Notes under the pieces: generated by a model
Seen by the model: the letters and a program-made list of their open reading frames with translations, nothing else
Told to the model about the DNA's origin: nothing
Database searches by the model: none
IMG/VR virus record: IMGVR_UViG_3300017754_003015
Location: 1-37,217 of that record
DNA length: 37,217 nt
Direction: 5' to 3' (one strand)
DNA from: a virus
Lineage: Duplodnaviria; Caudoviricetes
Part shown: in pieces, positions 23,781-33,589 of the stretch
Layout: every line of letters starts with the position of its first letter
How positions within the stretch are numbered: the first letter of the stretch is position 1
Made by a program: the position numbers and the translations under genes

Positions 23781-23978
23781 TTAATGTTTTGCTTTATGTG
23801 AACTAACATATTTATTTAGTTTAGTCACACCTTCTTTAAGATGCTCTGGATTGCTCATCTCTCCGGATGTGTATTTAACATCTGACATACCTGGTTCACC
23901 TGGTTTATGCTCCCAGTGTCCTTCGTTAAACTGTGGCATTGCTGCCTTTGTTGCATGTGCTTCTTTACTGTGTGCCAT
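23781..23978 (-). CDS. Small His/Lys-rich protein
   Basis: 65 aa; AAGGAG RBS. Confidence 0.7.
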   Translation of the reverse strand: MAHSKEAHATKAAMPQFNEGHWEHKPGEPGMSDVKYTSGEMSNPEHLKEGVTKLNKYVSSHKAKH

Positions 23979-24016
23979 ACTTTACTCCTTAGCCTATTTG
24001 GCTTTATTTAATAAAA

Positions 24017-24325
24017 TTAATCGTCAAAATGATGCTCAAATCTAATTCCTGTCATTCCTTTTTTACGAGATTTAGGCAATTTTTTATGAAGTTCTCTCGC
24101 TTTTTTATCTACACTTTTTTTAGCTTCTTCATTTTTAATAGAACCCTTCTCTACTCCAATTCTATTTTTAATAACTTCTTTTTTTAAATGTCCAGACAAA
24201 CGATTGGATCTTTTAGCGGATGCTTTAGGATCAACTCTATGCCCCTTAGATGTAGCTTCACTTATTGCTTTATCTTTTCCTATTTCTTTAGCTCTTTTTC
24301 TAACTGGTTTTGCTGTTGATGCCAT
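24017..24325 (-). CDS. Basic Lys/Arg-rich protein
   Basis: 102 aa; AAGGA RBS; has its own promoter motif upstream. Confidence 0.7.
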   Translation of the reverse strand: MASTAKPVRKRAKEIGKDKAISEATSKGHRVDPKASAKRSNRLSGHLKKEVIKNRIGVEKGSIKNEEAKKSVDKKARELHKKLPKSRKKGMTGIRFEHHFDD

Positions 24326-24352
24326 AAAAAATCCTTTTCTTTAATTGTCTAA

Positions 24353-24382
24353 TGTAACATTAGTTACAATTATGACATATGT
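24353..24382 (-). promoter_or_regulatory. Third copy of the shared promoter motif plus a palindrome
   Basis: Minus-strand ACATATGTCATAATT (24368-24382); adjacent TGTAAC-ATTA-GTTACA (24353-24368). Confidence 0.55.
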
Positions 24383-24400
24383 TAACTTATTAAACAATAA

Positions 24401-26443
24401 TCATCCTGCCATTGCAGGTATTTTATTTAACATTTCTTCTTCCCTATCCATCTTATTAGCCTGCTTAATAGCTTGAGCGTGCTCAAAAGATGAACGGAAC
24501 TGATTGAATTGCAAGTCCTCTAACTCAACCATCATTTTGACAAGATCAAGATCAGATTTCATGTTCTTGTGCTCTGCTCCAGCTTGCAGATCGTCTGCTT
24601 TTGCTTGTGTTTCCTGTATCTTAGCCATATTCAACTTGGATTTAGCAAACAGATCCATAATCTTCGCGTTATCTATTTTTTCTTGTTGCTGAGCTTGCTG
24701 TTGCGCTTGTTGCTGCTGTCCTTGCATCTGTTCTTCCATATCTGCAATAACTTGTCGTTTATTGGTAATGAAAGCAGCCCTGATAATTGACTTATCAGAA
24801 ATCTGGATTCCGAGTTCTTTAAAGTGTAGGAGTTGCTGAAGTTCTGTTTGACGTTGCGTAGTGGAATAGTTACCTTCCTCCACTGCAACAGCATATTTTT
24901 GTGAGTGAGAAGTAAAGAAACGTGGATCTGCATCATGACCCAATATGTTTTTAATCTTACCCTTACTGAAGTTTTTACGAATGGCTTGAAGCCTGATTTT
25001 TCCATATAATCTTTGGGAATAATCAAGTTTGTCAAATATGGTCTGTAAGGTGGTGAGACCAGCTCCCTGCCGTAGCATAGATAATATCCCAGATTTATCA
25101 TCTGTCGCTGATCCCAAAAGCTCTTCATTAACACCTGATATTTTAGTAATATCTTCTGCTAAACTGTTTGATAATTCAAGTAAAGATTGAGGAATAGATA
25201 CTGGCTCTATCCTTTGTATCTCGTTGGGTAAGTGGCCTGCCTTTAATGGAATTAAGAAGCCATCCCCACCACTTGTCTGTCTAAATGCTTTAGTATCTGT
25301 TACCACATCAACAGGATATATCCAACCAGCGTTTAAAGATGACTGAAGTAACTGAAGCTCAATGACTTTTCTTAAATTGTATAAAAATTGAGAATCAATT
25401 AGCCCAGCCACTATGCCCTGTTTACGCCAAGCATATGACACAACATCTTGGTCTACATATGTTTGACAAGGCACAAAAGGGTATGCGTCTATCCCAAGTA
25501 AATTTTTACCATGATATACAATATGATCACCTAGCTTAATCACAAGCTTAGTTGTGGGTATTTGTACATTCTGTACTTTAAGCCAAGGTTGCTGTCTCAT
25601 GACTTGATCTAGCATGTCATCGTCTTCTGTCTCATCCTCATTCCATTCAGTCGTTTCACCCGTCATTGGGTCTAGGATGATTTTACCGGGTCTTGAGGTG
25701 GCGTAATAGAATTCGTCATAGGAAAACAGTTTGTTTGTAGCTACGTTTTGTAACTCAGCTTGCATGGGAAAGCGACCATCTTTCATGCCACCTGAACGCA
25801 TCTTATCTATTTCTTTGGCATACCCTGGGATAAGCGTCTTAGCCATTTCTTTAGACACCCAACGTCTACGCCATATCCCGTTACAGTCAGATAAATCTTG
25901 CTTGCGTGTGTAGGAATCAATTAGATAATTATTATAACTTACAGCGTCAGTAAATAAGTCACCTGAGATAGGATCGAAAGTATAATCAGGGTATATATGT
26001 AATAGCGTCTCTCCTGTGTCAACTGCACCCTCAAATGCTTGGGATAGATATTCCTGGAAGCCGTCTCTATCATCGCACCAACGCATCACTTTGTTATAGT
26101 CATCGGCTACTTGGTCATCCTGCTCCCCTACAGGAATAGTGATAGTGGATTTCCGGTTTTTACGCTGAAACCCACATATCATATTAACGTGACGGCAAAT
26201 CAAGTTAAAGAAGAACTTTTGTGCATTTTGGTAATTACTACCATAGAATTGGGACTGTAGTTGCTGATCGCCTACTTTGAAACGCTTTGCTATAGCTCCC
26301 CGTAACCAGTAGGTAGAGTTAATTGGATAATTCGTTAAATAGAAATTATCCATCATTTGTTTCAGGTTCTTGTTATCTCTGTCTGATGGGTCGACAAAGC
26401 CACTCATGGAAGTGTTGTAATTTCCGGATTCATATGAGCCCAT
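24401..26443 (-). CDS. Portal protein (P22-like)
   Basis: 680 aa; FNLICRHVNMICGFQRKNR, YPFVP, GIVAGLIDSQFLYN, ISGVNEELLG...SG, Gln-rich C-terminal barrel. Confidence 0.9.
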   Translation of the reverse strand: MGSYESGNYNTSMSGFVDPSDRDNKNLKQMMDNFYLTNYPINSTYWLRGAIAKRFKVGDQQLQSQFYGSNYQNAQKFFFNLICRHVNMICGFQRKNRKSTITIPVGEQDDQVADDYNKVMRWCDDRDGFQEYLSQAFEGAVDTGETLLHIYPDYTFDPISGDLFTDAVSYNNYLIDSYTRKQDLSDCNGIWRRRWVSKEMAKTLIPGYAKEIDKMRSGGMKDGRFPMQAELQNVATNKLFSYDEFYYATSRPGKIILDPMTGETTEWNEDETEDDDMLDQVMRQQPWLKVQNVQIPTTKLVIKLGDHIVYHGKNLLGIDAYPFVPCQTYVDQDVVSYAWRKQGIVAGLIDSQFLYNLRKVIELQLLQSSLNAGWIYPVDVVTDTKAFRQTSGGDGFLIPLKAGHLPNEIQRIEPVSIPQSLLELSNSLAEDITKISGVNEELLGSATDDKSGILSMLRQGAGLTTLQTIFDKLDYSQRLYGKIRLQAIRKNFSKGKIKNILGHDADPRFFTSHSQKYAVAVEEGNYSTTQRQTELQQLLHFKELGIQISDKSIIRAAFITNKRQVIADMEEQMQGQQQQAQQQAQQQEKIDNAKIMDLFAKSKLNMAKIQETQAKADDLQAGAEHKNMKSDLDLVKMMVELEDLQFNQFRSSFEHAQAIKQANKMDREEEMLNKIPAMAG

Positions 26444-26548
26444 TAAAATGCCTGTGTGTAGTAAATATTTTTATATCACATATAACATTTATTTGAGTAC
26501 TTAAGAATAAGATTTGATGGTAAAATACAGCCAAAATAGGAGATAAGC

Positions 26549-26761
26549 ATGGAAAATTTAAATGAGTTCACCTCGATCATCACAATTTTAGGCGTTTTCA
26601 TTGCTAATGGCACATTAATAATACCTTTATGGTTATGGAATAGATCAGAATCACGTGCGGATAACAGAGAAATTATTGCTCTCATAAATGCAATTCAAAC
26701 AGAAATGAAAGATTTTCATGGTAGACTGTGTTCTATAGAAGAAAGAAATAAAAAACAATAA
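26549..26761 (+). CDS. Membrane-anchored coiled-coil protein, KDFHGRLC paralogue 2
   Basis: Very similar to 9128..9370; AGGAG RBS; upstream TGgTAAAAT extended -10. Confidence 0.85.
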   Translation: MENLNEFTSIITILGVFIANGTLIIPLWLWNRSESRADNREIIALINAIQTEMKDFHGRLCSIEERNKKQ

Positions 26762-26776
26762 TTTAAAACCCATGTA

Positions 26777-27094
26777 TTAATCAAATAACCCTTCTTCAAT
26801 ATGCTTGAACTCTTCTTTGTGAAACTTCCATAAATGCTTAAGGTGTTCTATAAGTTCTTCACCTGATCCGACATCAAATAAATTACCCACTTCCCCATTC
26901 TCCGGTAAGTACCATTTCACAATAGTTAATCCATCTATGTCTTTAACATCTATAGCTAACCTGCCACATTTTGGACATTCCCACACATTACGGTCTTTAT
27001 ATTCATAACAACCCCTTAAGTCTCCTTCCATAGTATTTGGACAAACGGTATTGGATAATCTATTTCCGCAATTACACCTTAATGATGCCATCAA
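26777..27094 (-). CDS. Cys-rich (zinc-ribbon) hypothetical protein
   Basis: CNCG and ECPKCGR motifs. Confidence 0.65.
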   Translation of the reverse strand: MMASLRCNCGNRLSNTVCPNTMEGDLRGCYEYKDRNVWECPKCGRLAIDVKDIDGLTIVKWYLPENGEVGNLFDVGSGEELIEHLKHLWKFHKEEFKHIEEGLFD

Positions 27095-27768
27095 AACCCC
27101 TGTATCTGACTGTTAAATTGTACATTATAACCATATTCTTCTAAAAATTCTTTAGCCCATTTTATTTTATCTTCCACCCTTTGTCCCGCTGGCTGTCCTT
27201 TATGCCATAATTCAAGGTTTTCTATTCTGTTGTCGTCTTTTATACCATTTTTATGGTGTACATTTTCACCTTTTCTTAATGGACGACCCAAATGTTCGGA
27301 CATAATATAAGTGTGTTCTAGTATTTTATTTCCTCTATGACAATTTGGATGATTTGGTCTTGATATAACCTTATATCCTTGATTGGTTAAGTGTCCTTCT
27401 TGCCCAGTTTTTGATTTTATTTTTAAACGACATTCTTTACTACACGTTAAATTTAACATATATCTATCGAACACAAATAATTTATTGCAAGCTATACACA
27501 AACCCTCCATTCCATCTTTTTTACTATTTCTTCTCCGTTTAGCTTTACAAGCATTTGAACAGTACAATCTTTTTGAAAGTGACTGATATTCGAATTCCTT
27601 ATCACAAGTTTTGCATTTTTCTTTTATAATTGGTCTTCTTGAAACGTACTCAATAGCTAATTCTTTTCTTCTTAATCTTCCTTGATCGCTTCTCCAATAT
27701 TCAGAAGCTTTTATCCTAGCTGACCTCATATTTTCAGATTGAATCTTTCTTAGTTTTTCCTTTTCCAT
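27091..27768 (-). CDS. HNH endonuclease with zinc-finger repeats
   Basis: [14 protein letters not shown]...[19 protein letters not shown]; two CxxC...CSxxC units; start placed at MEKEK after a GGAGG RBS. Confidence 0.9.
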   Translation of the reverse strand: MEKEKLRKIQSENMRSARIKASEYWRSDQGRLRRKELAIEYVSRRPIIKEKCKTCDKEFEYQSLSKRLYCSNACKAKRRRNSKKDGMEGLCIACNKLFVFDRYMLNLTCSKECRLKIKSKTGQEGHLTNQGYKVISRPNHPNCHRGNKILEHTYIMSEHLGRPLRKGENVHHKNGIKDDNRIENLELWHKGQPAGQRVEDKIKWAKEFLEEYGYNVQFNSQIQGF

Positions 27769-27821
27769 AAATCCTCCATGATAATAGTTACTATTATACC
27801 ATATCGGATATACCATATCAA

Positions 27822-29099
27822 TCAAAAAACATTAATGTCTTGATTAAACTGAGAATACATATCATTATTTTGGAACACATGTCTTCTTAGTTGATCATAA
27901 GACATATAGTCGTCTGGATTACTAAACTCTCCACTCTTCATAAATGGCGTTAGGCTATATCTTAATGCGTCATTTGCATGGTCTAAATGCTTAATAGGTT
28001 TATCCTCACCTCTCTCACTTGCCTTTGGACACCACGCATAGCTCTGTAATTGCTCTATCAAATTCTTACAAGCCGCTTGAACCACTATATTTTTACCAGC
28101 TATAAACTTATTGCATGTCTTTATCCCTAGCAACACATCATTATTAGCATCTATTACAGGTAAATCAGCTTGTCTGAGTGCTATTTTAAAGCTTGCTGCT
28201 GCTGGGTCAACATAAATGGCTTGCACATTCTTGTATCCCACAAATTCTTTAATATCTTTCACAAGCTCTGCATCTGTTTTAGGTCTACCTGTGATGGCTG
28301 AATCGTAATAATATTCTGACTCTACCCTAAATTGTGGCCATGAATGAGGAGAAACAGCTCCAAGAACTGCTGCCGTGGCGTTAGTTGTTCCATAATCTAT
28401 ACCAACCAAATAATAATTTGGATTAGATTGTGGGTGAGTGTAAATATTATCATTATCAAAATCTGGGTATATAGCTCCTGTGGCTTGACACCAAAGTCCT
28501 TGGATAAACCTTTTATGCCAAACACCTGTAAAAGAAGACTTAATTGCGTTTTTGTAAGCTTCATCTAATACAGGGTTATCATCTAAATGGAAATTCCAAA
28601 ATACTAAATCATGTATGTCTTGTCTATCTAAATATTGCTTCTTGAGCCAGTGTGCAGGCGAAGTTGGATTACAGGTAGCCAATAATTTAGCGCCCGGTAC
28701 GCTTAAACGTGTTTCTAACATCTTAAAGAACGGCTCTGGTATACATGTGCATTCATCAATATAAGCCAAAGCGAGCGTGCTTCCTTGAATAGTAGTTACA
28801 GCTGAAACGTCAGGCGCACCAACGAAATACACATCACGACCATAAAGTTGTGTCTTATTACACATTGGTGAAGGACAAGGAAAACCAAGACGTTTATATA
28901 AGTGAGTGAGTACGTTTCTGTGAATAGTTGAACGGTTAACGCCAATAATCATGGCATCACCGGGAGGCCCATTCTTTAAATCAAATATAAATCTCTCAAT
29001 ACTAGAGAAAGTCTTCCCTGACCTTACAGCCCCCACCCAAATATTGAATCTATGTGTAGCTTCACAGAATGATTTATCCTGTTTAGGACTCGTTGGCAC
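27822..29099 (-). CDS. terL: Terminase large subunit (PBSX-like)
   Basis: Walker A GAVRSGKT, Walker [30 protein letters not shown]. Confidence 0.95.
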   Translation of the reverse strand: MPTSPKQDKSFCEATHRFNIWVGAVRSGKTFSSIERFIFDLKNGPPGDAMIIGVNRSTIHRNVLTHLYKRLGFPCPSPMCNKTQLYGRDVYFVGAPDVSAVTTIQGSTLALAYIDECTCIPEPFFKMLETRLSVPGAKLLATCNPTSPAHWLKKQYLDRQDIHDLVFWNFHLDDNPVLDEAYKNAIKSSFTGVWHKRFIQGLWCQATGAIYPDFDNDNIYTHPQSNPNYYLVGIDYGTTNATAAVLGAVSPHSWPQFRVESEYYYDSAITGRPKTDAELVKDIKEFVGYKNVQAIYVDPAAASFKIALRQADLPVIDANNDVLLGIKTCNKFIAGKNIVVQAACKNLIEQLQSYAWCPKASERGEDKPIKHLDHANDALRYSLTPFMKSGEFSNPDDYMSYDQLRRHVFQNNDMYSQFNQDINVF

Positions 29100-29496
29100 T
29101 ATTCAAAACCGCTTTTTTTAATTCTTGATTCTCATGCTTCAACATCATATTTTCATGTTGTAAATTAATTGTGTCTTGTAGAGGTGCTGTTAGGGCAGCT
29201 ATTTCAGGCTCTTTCATTCCAAGCCGACATCTAGCTAAAAATATTAAAGCTGTAATGTTACCTGGAGCGCTATTGTTCATGGCTTTTGCATGTAACATAG
29301 CTTTAATATCACCCTTTCCGCCCTCTGCAATATCTACATGATAATCTTGGAAACTTTCACCGTATTGTTTTTTAAATCTATAATAGAATGTATCGCTCTG
29401 AATTCGCAACTTAGCAGCTATTTCTACACCCCTGCAACCAGCTTCAATTAATTTATGTACGTATTCCCAGTTTATTTCTTTTTCAGGTCTTGCCAT
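29083..29496 (-). CDS. terS: Terminase small subunit
   Basis: MARPEKEINW, HTH, GNITALIFLARCRLG; overlaps the terL start. Confidence 0.8.
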   Translation of the reverse strand: MARPEKEINWEYVHKLIEAGCRGVEIAAKLRIQSDTFYYRFKKQYGESFQDYHVDIAEGGKGDIKAMLHAKAMNNSAPGNITALIFLARCRLGMKEPEIAALTAPLQDTINLQHENMMLKHENQELKKAVLNSANES

Positions 29497-29524
29497 GTGT
29501 CTGTATGTTTTTTAAAATAATATA

Positions 29525-29540
29525 TACACTGACGCGTGTA
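29525..29540 (-). promoter_or_regulatory. Leader hairpin upstream of terS
   Basis: Minus-strand UACAC-GCGUCA-GUGUA; loop related to the capsid and fibre leader loops. Confidence 0.4.
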
Positions 29541-29586
29541 AAAATTCAATATATTATGTTAATATGACAAAAAAGAGGGGGCTTGT

Positions 29587-29757
29587 ATGTGGTTAATTTT
29601 ATTAGTTGTTACATGCATGTTGTATTGCAGCTGCCATTACATCAATACAAGAATAGGCTTAGAGGATGATAATGTAATTGAAGAAGTTGTTGAGGTTGTA
29701 ATAGAAAAAGAGACTGGGTTAGATATAGACCTAACCCCAGAATCTATTGAGAAATAA
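29587..29757 (+). CDS. 56-aa putative lipoprotein (not in ORF track)
   Basis: MWLILLVVTCMLYCSC then acidic DDNVIEEVVEVVIEKETGLDIDLTP; GAGGGG RBS. Confidence 0.7.
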   Translation: MWLILLVVTCMLYCSCHYINTRIGLEDDNVIEEVVEVVIEKETGLDIDLTPESIEK

Positions 29758-29895
29758 TTACAGATCTATATGACCATACTCGTCCACTGTATATGTTTCA
29801 CCGGATGGACTCATTGTCACACAGCATTCGTGCTCTATTGCATGTATACAATTTGCTACACACATAACAGCTAGTAACATCATCATTTTTTTCAT
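29758..29895 (-). CDS. 45-aa putative secreted peptide (not in ORF track)
   Basis: MKKMMMLLAVMCVANCIHA signal-like N-terminus; AAGGAG RBS. Confidence 0.6.
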   Translation of the reverse strand: MKKMMMLLAVMCVANCIHAIEHECCVTMSPSGETYTVDEYGHIDL

Positions 29896-30015
29896 ACATT
29901 CTCCTTTTTTAAAATGGACGTGTGTTGTTTACAATCACGCCAGAATTGTTTTTTGGGTGATTCATGTTATCACCTATAGCATCACTGAATAACCATCTAA
30001 AAAATCGTTTAAACA

Positions 30016-30315
30016 TTAATACCTAGATGGGCAAGATGTGTTAGTACAAGGCTGCCCCTCTGGATAATTTCTATGGCAATAAGGACATTTCCAATGTTTG
30101 ATCCACTCTTTTTTGTTGCATTCCACTTCACTTTCTAAAATGTAAATACCTTTTTTATTTGAATGCACATTTTTAACTTTCATGAGTTCATTATTTCCCA
30201 TATCCAGATAAATTTCATTCGTTTGCATATCCAGTTTTGTGCTATCAATATACATTTTTTGAGCACCGAAAACAGATGCTCCTAACATTAAAAAAAATAA
30301 AATAATCTTATTCAT
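30016..30315 (-). CDS. Signal-peptide protein with C-terminal 4-Cys motif
   Basis: MNKIILFFLMLGASVFG signal; WKCPYC...PCTNTSCPSRY; ATGA coupling to the upstream gene. Confidence 0.75.
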   Translation of the reverse strand: MNKIILFFLMLGASVFGAQKMYIDSTKLDMQTNEIYLDMGNNELMKVKNVHSNKKGIYILESEVECNKKEWIKHWKCPYCHRNYPEGQPCTNTSCPSRY

Positions 30316-30503
30316 TGTCTCCCCCATCCTTTTGTTTTTACTGATTCTTTCAACTCATTAACTTCTTTTTCTAAATTAGTAATCTTTCTCATATACCAAA
30401 ATTCGCTTATAATCAACACAACAAGTGCTATCAAAAGGATAGAACATATTGCTAAATCAATATATTTAAAAATATCATAATCCAGACAACATTCACAAGT
30501 CAT
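30312..30503 (-). CDS. Single-TM coiled-coil protein
   Basis: LAICSILLIALVVLII followed by ITNLEKEVNELKE. Confidence 0.65.
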   Translation of the reverse strand: MTCECCLDYDIFKYIDLAICSILLIALVVLIISEFWYMRKITNLEKEVNELKESVKTKGWGRQ

Positions 30504-30795
30504 TTTTACCTAATAATTTAATTGCTTCTGCTACCTGAAAAGAAAACTTAAACCTATCTATAATTTCTTCTGCTGGATAAAGAGGATGTGTTTTTAATAA
30601 CTTTTCTAGAATTTCAACACAATGAAAATGTGTTAAACACGCTTCTTTTATGTTGTTTGTCAAAAATACATCTTCTGTCACTGTATCAATTCCAAAACTT
30701 GTCATAAAAGACACTTCATCTTCTCTACTAATCATTCCGTGTGTAATACAGGAAATATGTTTGGGTAGTTCATGTAATATGTATAGCTGATTCAC
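30493..30795 (-). CDS. Hypothetical protein
   Basis: 100 aa; coupled to the resolvase stop. Confidence 0.6.
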   Translation of the reverse strand: MNQLYILHELPKHISCITHGMISREDEVSFMTSFGIDTVTEDVFLTNNIKEACLTHFHCVEILEKLLKTHPLYPAEEIIDRFKFSFQVAEAIKLLGKNDL

Positions 30796-31358
30796 TTTAA
30801 CCCCAATGTTTTTAATTCTTTGTAAATGCTGAGGCGTGATACCTCAAGCTTCCTAGCTATTCTACTAATTGATACACCTAATTGCATCATTTTTTTCATT
30901 TCTTCTATTTTTGTCTGTGTCATAACTTTTTTACGACCTAAATATTTACCCTCTCTTTTTGCTTTAGCTATACCTTCAGCTTGCCTCTCTTTAATAAGAG
31001 AATGTTCGAATTCAGCTACCGCACCAAACACGCAAAAAAGAAGGTTAGACATGGGATCTTTTTTATCACAAAATTTTAGATTCTCTTTAATAAAATGAAT
31101 CTGGATTCCATTTTTTACAAAATGATCCACTAATTCTTTGAGATCGGACATGTTTCTAGCTAATCTATCTAATGAGTGAACAAACACAATATCATCTTCC
31201 CTGACATAATTTAACAATGATTGTAGCTCTGGTCTTTTGGTGTTTGTACCCGACGCATAATCTATAAATTTCTTATCTAACTCCATGTCCGCTAATTGTC
31301 TGTCTGGGTTTTGATCTTCTGTGCTAACTCTAATATAACCAATTCGTTTACCTGTCAT
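30792..31358 (-). CDS. Small serine recombinase (resolvase/invertase)
   Basis: IGYIRVST..QN, VHSLDRLARN, AEFE...IKERQ.EGI..AK..G...GRK, C-terminal HTH. Confidence 0.95.
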   Translation of the reverse strand: MTGKRIGYIRVSTEDQNPDRQLADMELDKKFIDYASGTNTKRPELQSLLNYVREDDIVFVHSLDRLARNMSDLKELVDHFVKNGIQIHFIKENLKFCDKKDPMSNLLFCVFGAVAEFEHSLIKERQAEGIAKAKREGKYLGRKKVMTQTKIEEMKKMMQLGVSISRIARKLEVSRLSIYKELKTLGLK

Positions 31359-31359
31359 T

Positions 31360-31608
31360 TTATGATGACTCCAAGTTATGTAATTTTATATCGCCAGATG
31401 AGCCGGATTCTATATATTTTTGAAAATACTCTTCATTTTTTTTCATTCTAAAAATAAAACACTCTTTCTCTGGATCTGGTAAATTGTCAAAATTAAACAT
31501 TCTGTGAGCGTCTATCATATGATTAGCCAATAACCTGCATACGGTACGAGGATCTTGAGTTAAGAAATATTCTGTAAGAGAATCAATGACTTGTTTGTTT
31601 GTTTTCAT
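31360..31608 (-). CDS. Hypothetical protein
   Basis: 82 aa; ATGA-coupled. Confidence 0.65.
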   Translation of the reverse strand: MKTNKQVIDSLTEYFLTQDPRTVCRLLANHMIDAHRMFNFDNLPDPEKECFIFRMKKNEEYFQKYIESGSSGDIKLHNLESS

Positions 31609-31820
31609 TTCTTCCTAGACTCCTCAATTTTACATAATCTTCCATGAAAATCTTTAGATTCTTGTAGAATAGCTAAATGAAAAGCTTTCATTTCCTCTCT
31701 AATTGCCGCTACTTGATTATCCATATGTCGCCAATCATTTCTTGATTCAGTTCTAAACCAAATAATTAAACCAGCATTTGCAGCGAATAAAGATAATATT
31801 TGGATCCAAGTTTCATTCAT
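31605..31820 (-). CDS. Membrane-anchored coiled-coil protein, KDFHGRLC paralogue 3
   Basis: ANAGLIIWFRTESRND...KDFHGRLCKIEE. Confidence 0.85.
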   Translation of the reverse strand: MNETWIQILSLFAANAGLIIWFRTESRNDWRHMDNQVAAIREEMKAFHLAILQESKDFHGRLCKIEESRKK

Positions 31821-32029
31821 TGTTTTCTTCCTTCTTTAAGAAGATCATAAAACATATTATATGTAGCGTCTATTCTTGCATTAGCTGCATCCATTCTTGC
31901 GTTAGTTGCTGATATGTTCGACATGTTATTTAAACAAATAGAAAGAAGGATGGCTGCTATTGCTATGTTAACACCGATAATAGCCACTGTATCCGCATGA
32001 TTTTTCAAAAAACTTATTTTAGTATCCAT
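31817..32029 (-). CDS. Single-TM coiled-coil protein
   Basis: VAIIGVNIAIAAILLSICL then NARMDAANARID...FYDLLKE; GAGG RBS. Confidence 0.8.
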   Translation of the reverse strand: MDTKISFLKNHADTVAIIGVNIAIAAILLSICLNNMSNISATNARMDAANARIDATYNMFYDLLKEGRKQ

Positions 32030-32055
32030 ATTTAAAACCTCTTTTTGTTAAACAA

Positions 32056-32084
32056 ATTCTAGACTTATTATACAAAATTGTCAA
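32056..32084 (-). promoter_or_regulatory. Near-consensus sigma70 promoter for the resolvase operon
   Basis: Minus-strand TTGACA, 17 bp, TAGAAT. Confidence 0.75.
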
Positions 32085-32228
32085 TCAAAATTAAAACCAC
32101 CTCATTTGTATACAACAATTATTTTAATTAAGAAATCATGGGGAGTACCCCAGATTTACAGTAGAAATTAGTTGAATTAAAAAAGTTAGAAACAAATGGA
32201 AACAAGATCGACCCCTCTTGGGGATATT

Positions 32229-32290
32229 TATAAAAAGCTAAGTTAAATCCTTAAATTTGCTAAGTTAGGGGTTTAACTTAGCTTTTTATA
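32229..32290. repeat. Long inverted repeat (19 bp perfect, 26 bp with G-U pairs)
   Basis: TATAAAAAGCTAAGTTAAA...TTTAACTTAGCTTTTTATA. Confidence 0.85.
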
Positions 32291-32362
32291 TCAAAACGTG
32301 CAGCAAAAGAGGTCATTTTTCCGTCAGAACGTGTAGCACTTTCAGAGGTAAATAGGTGATTT

Positions 32363-32704
32363 TTACTTCTTATACATTTCTAATACATCAAAATGACACC
32401 ATCGATCTACTTTACTTTTTGGTATTTTAGATATTTTTTGGTATTCATCACCTAACAGCCACATTTTTGGAAATTGAGGATGAGGATGTATTATAAATAT
32501 ATTCTTATATTCTCCATAAAAATATGAGATAAAATTTTTATAAAATCTGGCTAATGCTACATATGGTCTTTTATAATTCAATAAAATCAAAACCATATCT
32601 TTGTCTTCTGGCAATCTGTCTTTTGCGTAAATCCATTCCATTTTTTTTATTTTACAACCACACTCTAATGTGTGCTCCCCACACTTATCACATTCGCCCG
32701 ACAT
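32363..32704 (-). CDS. DUF551-like protein with N-terminal Cys motif
   Basis: CDKCGEHTLECGC then MEWIYAKDRLPE...VDRW. Confidence 0.65.
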   Translation of the reverse strand: MSGECDKCGEHTLECGCKIKKMEWIYAKDRLPEDKDMVLILLNYKRPYVALARFYKNFISYFYGEYKNIFIIHPHPQFPKMWLLGDEYQKISKIPKSKVDRWCHFDVLEMYKK

Positions 32705-33102
32705 TAATTACTCCTAAATTTATAAGATAAGTCACCAAATATATTCCTGTAAAATTTAAATAAATTAAGAGCATTAAAAGGAATACAGACACAATGACGA
32801 ATATCGTCAAATTCGCTTATTTCCCAATATGAAATCAAAAAATATTTTATTTCTGTATTTTTACACTGGATCTCATAAACTCTTAAATCCCATTCTTCAT
32901 TTTCAGAGTCACTTTCCTCAATGTCACTTGGCCAAATTTTGAAAATAGTGTAAATGGAAATAAAATTTCTTTCTCCACCTTGAGCTTTAATTAAAGCGTC
33001 TTCATAAGTATCATCTTCTTTCCATTCAATAAAACAATAATCACTTGTTCCGTATATAGGTATATTCACTCCATCATCTAGTATCTCTACTGCTGGAATC
33101 AT
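32704..33102 (-). CDS. Acidic hypothetical protein
   Basis: 132 aa; AAGGAG RBS. Confidence 0.65.
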   Translation of the reverse strand: MIPAVEILDDGVNIPIYGTSDYCFIEWKEDDTYEDALIKAQGGERNFISIYTIFKIWPSDIEESDSENEEWDLRVYEIQCKNTEIKYFLISYWEISEFDDIRHCVCIPFNALNLFKFYRNIFGDLSYKFRSN

Positions 33103-33116
33103 TTATTTCTCCTTTT

Positions 33117-33527
33117 TTACATACAAACACACGCTACTTTTTCATTTTTACAAACTGAGCAATAATCATCGCACCTACATTCACCTTTTGCTTTATCACA
33201 TGTTCCGCAGTTAAATGAGTAGCAATTAACTTGACGTTTATAACGTTTACATTGATCTAAAAACTTTTGAAGATCTTTTTTTGGAACTTTTGGATAAGTT
33301 ACAGGACATTTATACCAATGAGTTACTTTGTGTAATTGCACAATTTTATATTGTATTTCACAGTCACAGTATATGGAATCACAATCACATTCATAAAATT
33401 CGTAAGTTACTAACCATTTTTTTCTATAATAAATTGCTTCATGTTTTTTCTGTCCGTTTTGAACTAATACTTTCCAATTTTGGAAAGGAAGTTCATCCTC
33501 TACGCTTATCCAATTCTTATCTTTCAC
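33117..33527 (-). CDS. DUF551-like, Cys-rich protein
   Basis: WISVEDELP...VLV...VTHW; Cys-rich tail. Confidence 0.7.
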   Translation of the reverse strand: MKDKNWISVEDELPFQNWKVLVQNGQKKHEAIYYRKKWLVTYEFYECDCDSIYCDCEIQYKIVQLHKVTHWYKCPVTYPKVPKKDLQKFLDQCKRYKRQVNCYSFNCGTCDKAKGECRCDDYCSVCKNEKVACVCM

Positions 33528-33589
33528 TCTTACCTATAATATTTAATAATTTATATACACTTATACCTGAAATTGGGTATAGGTGGGTA

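Noticed and set aside
32229-32290. Protelomerase telRL site
   Set aside because: The centre is not a perfect palindrome and no protelomerase gene was recognised.
33281-33589. N-terminal part of the 157-aa ORF 33281..33754
   Set aside because: It is antisense to 33117..33527; only the part from ATG 33590 has an RBS and a coherent motif.
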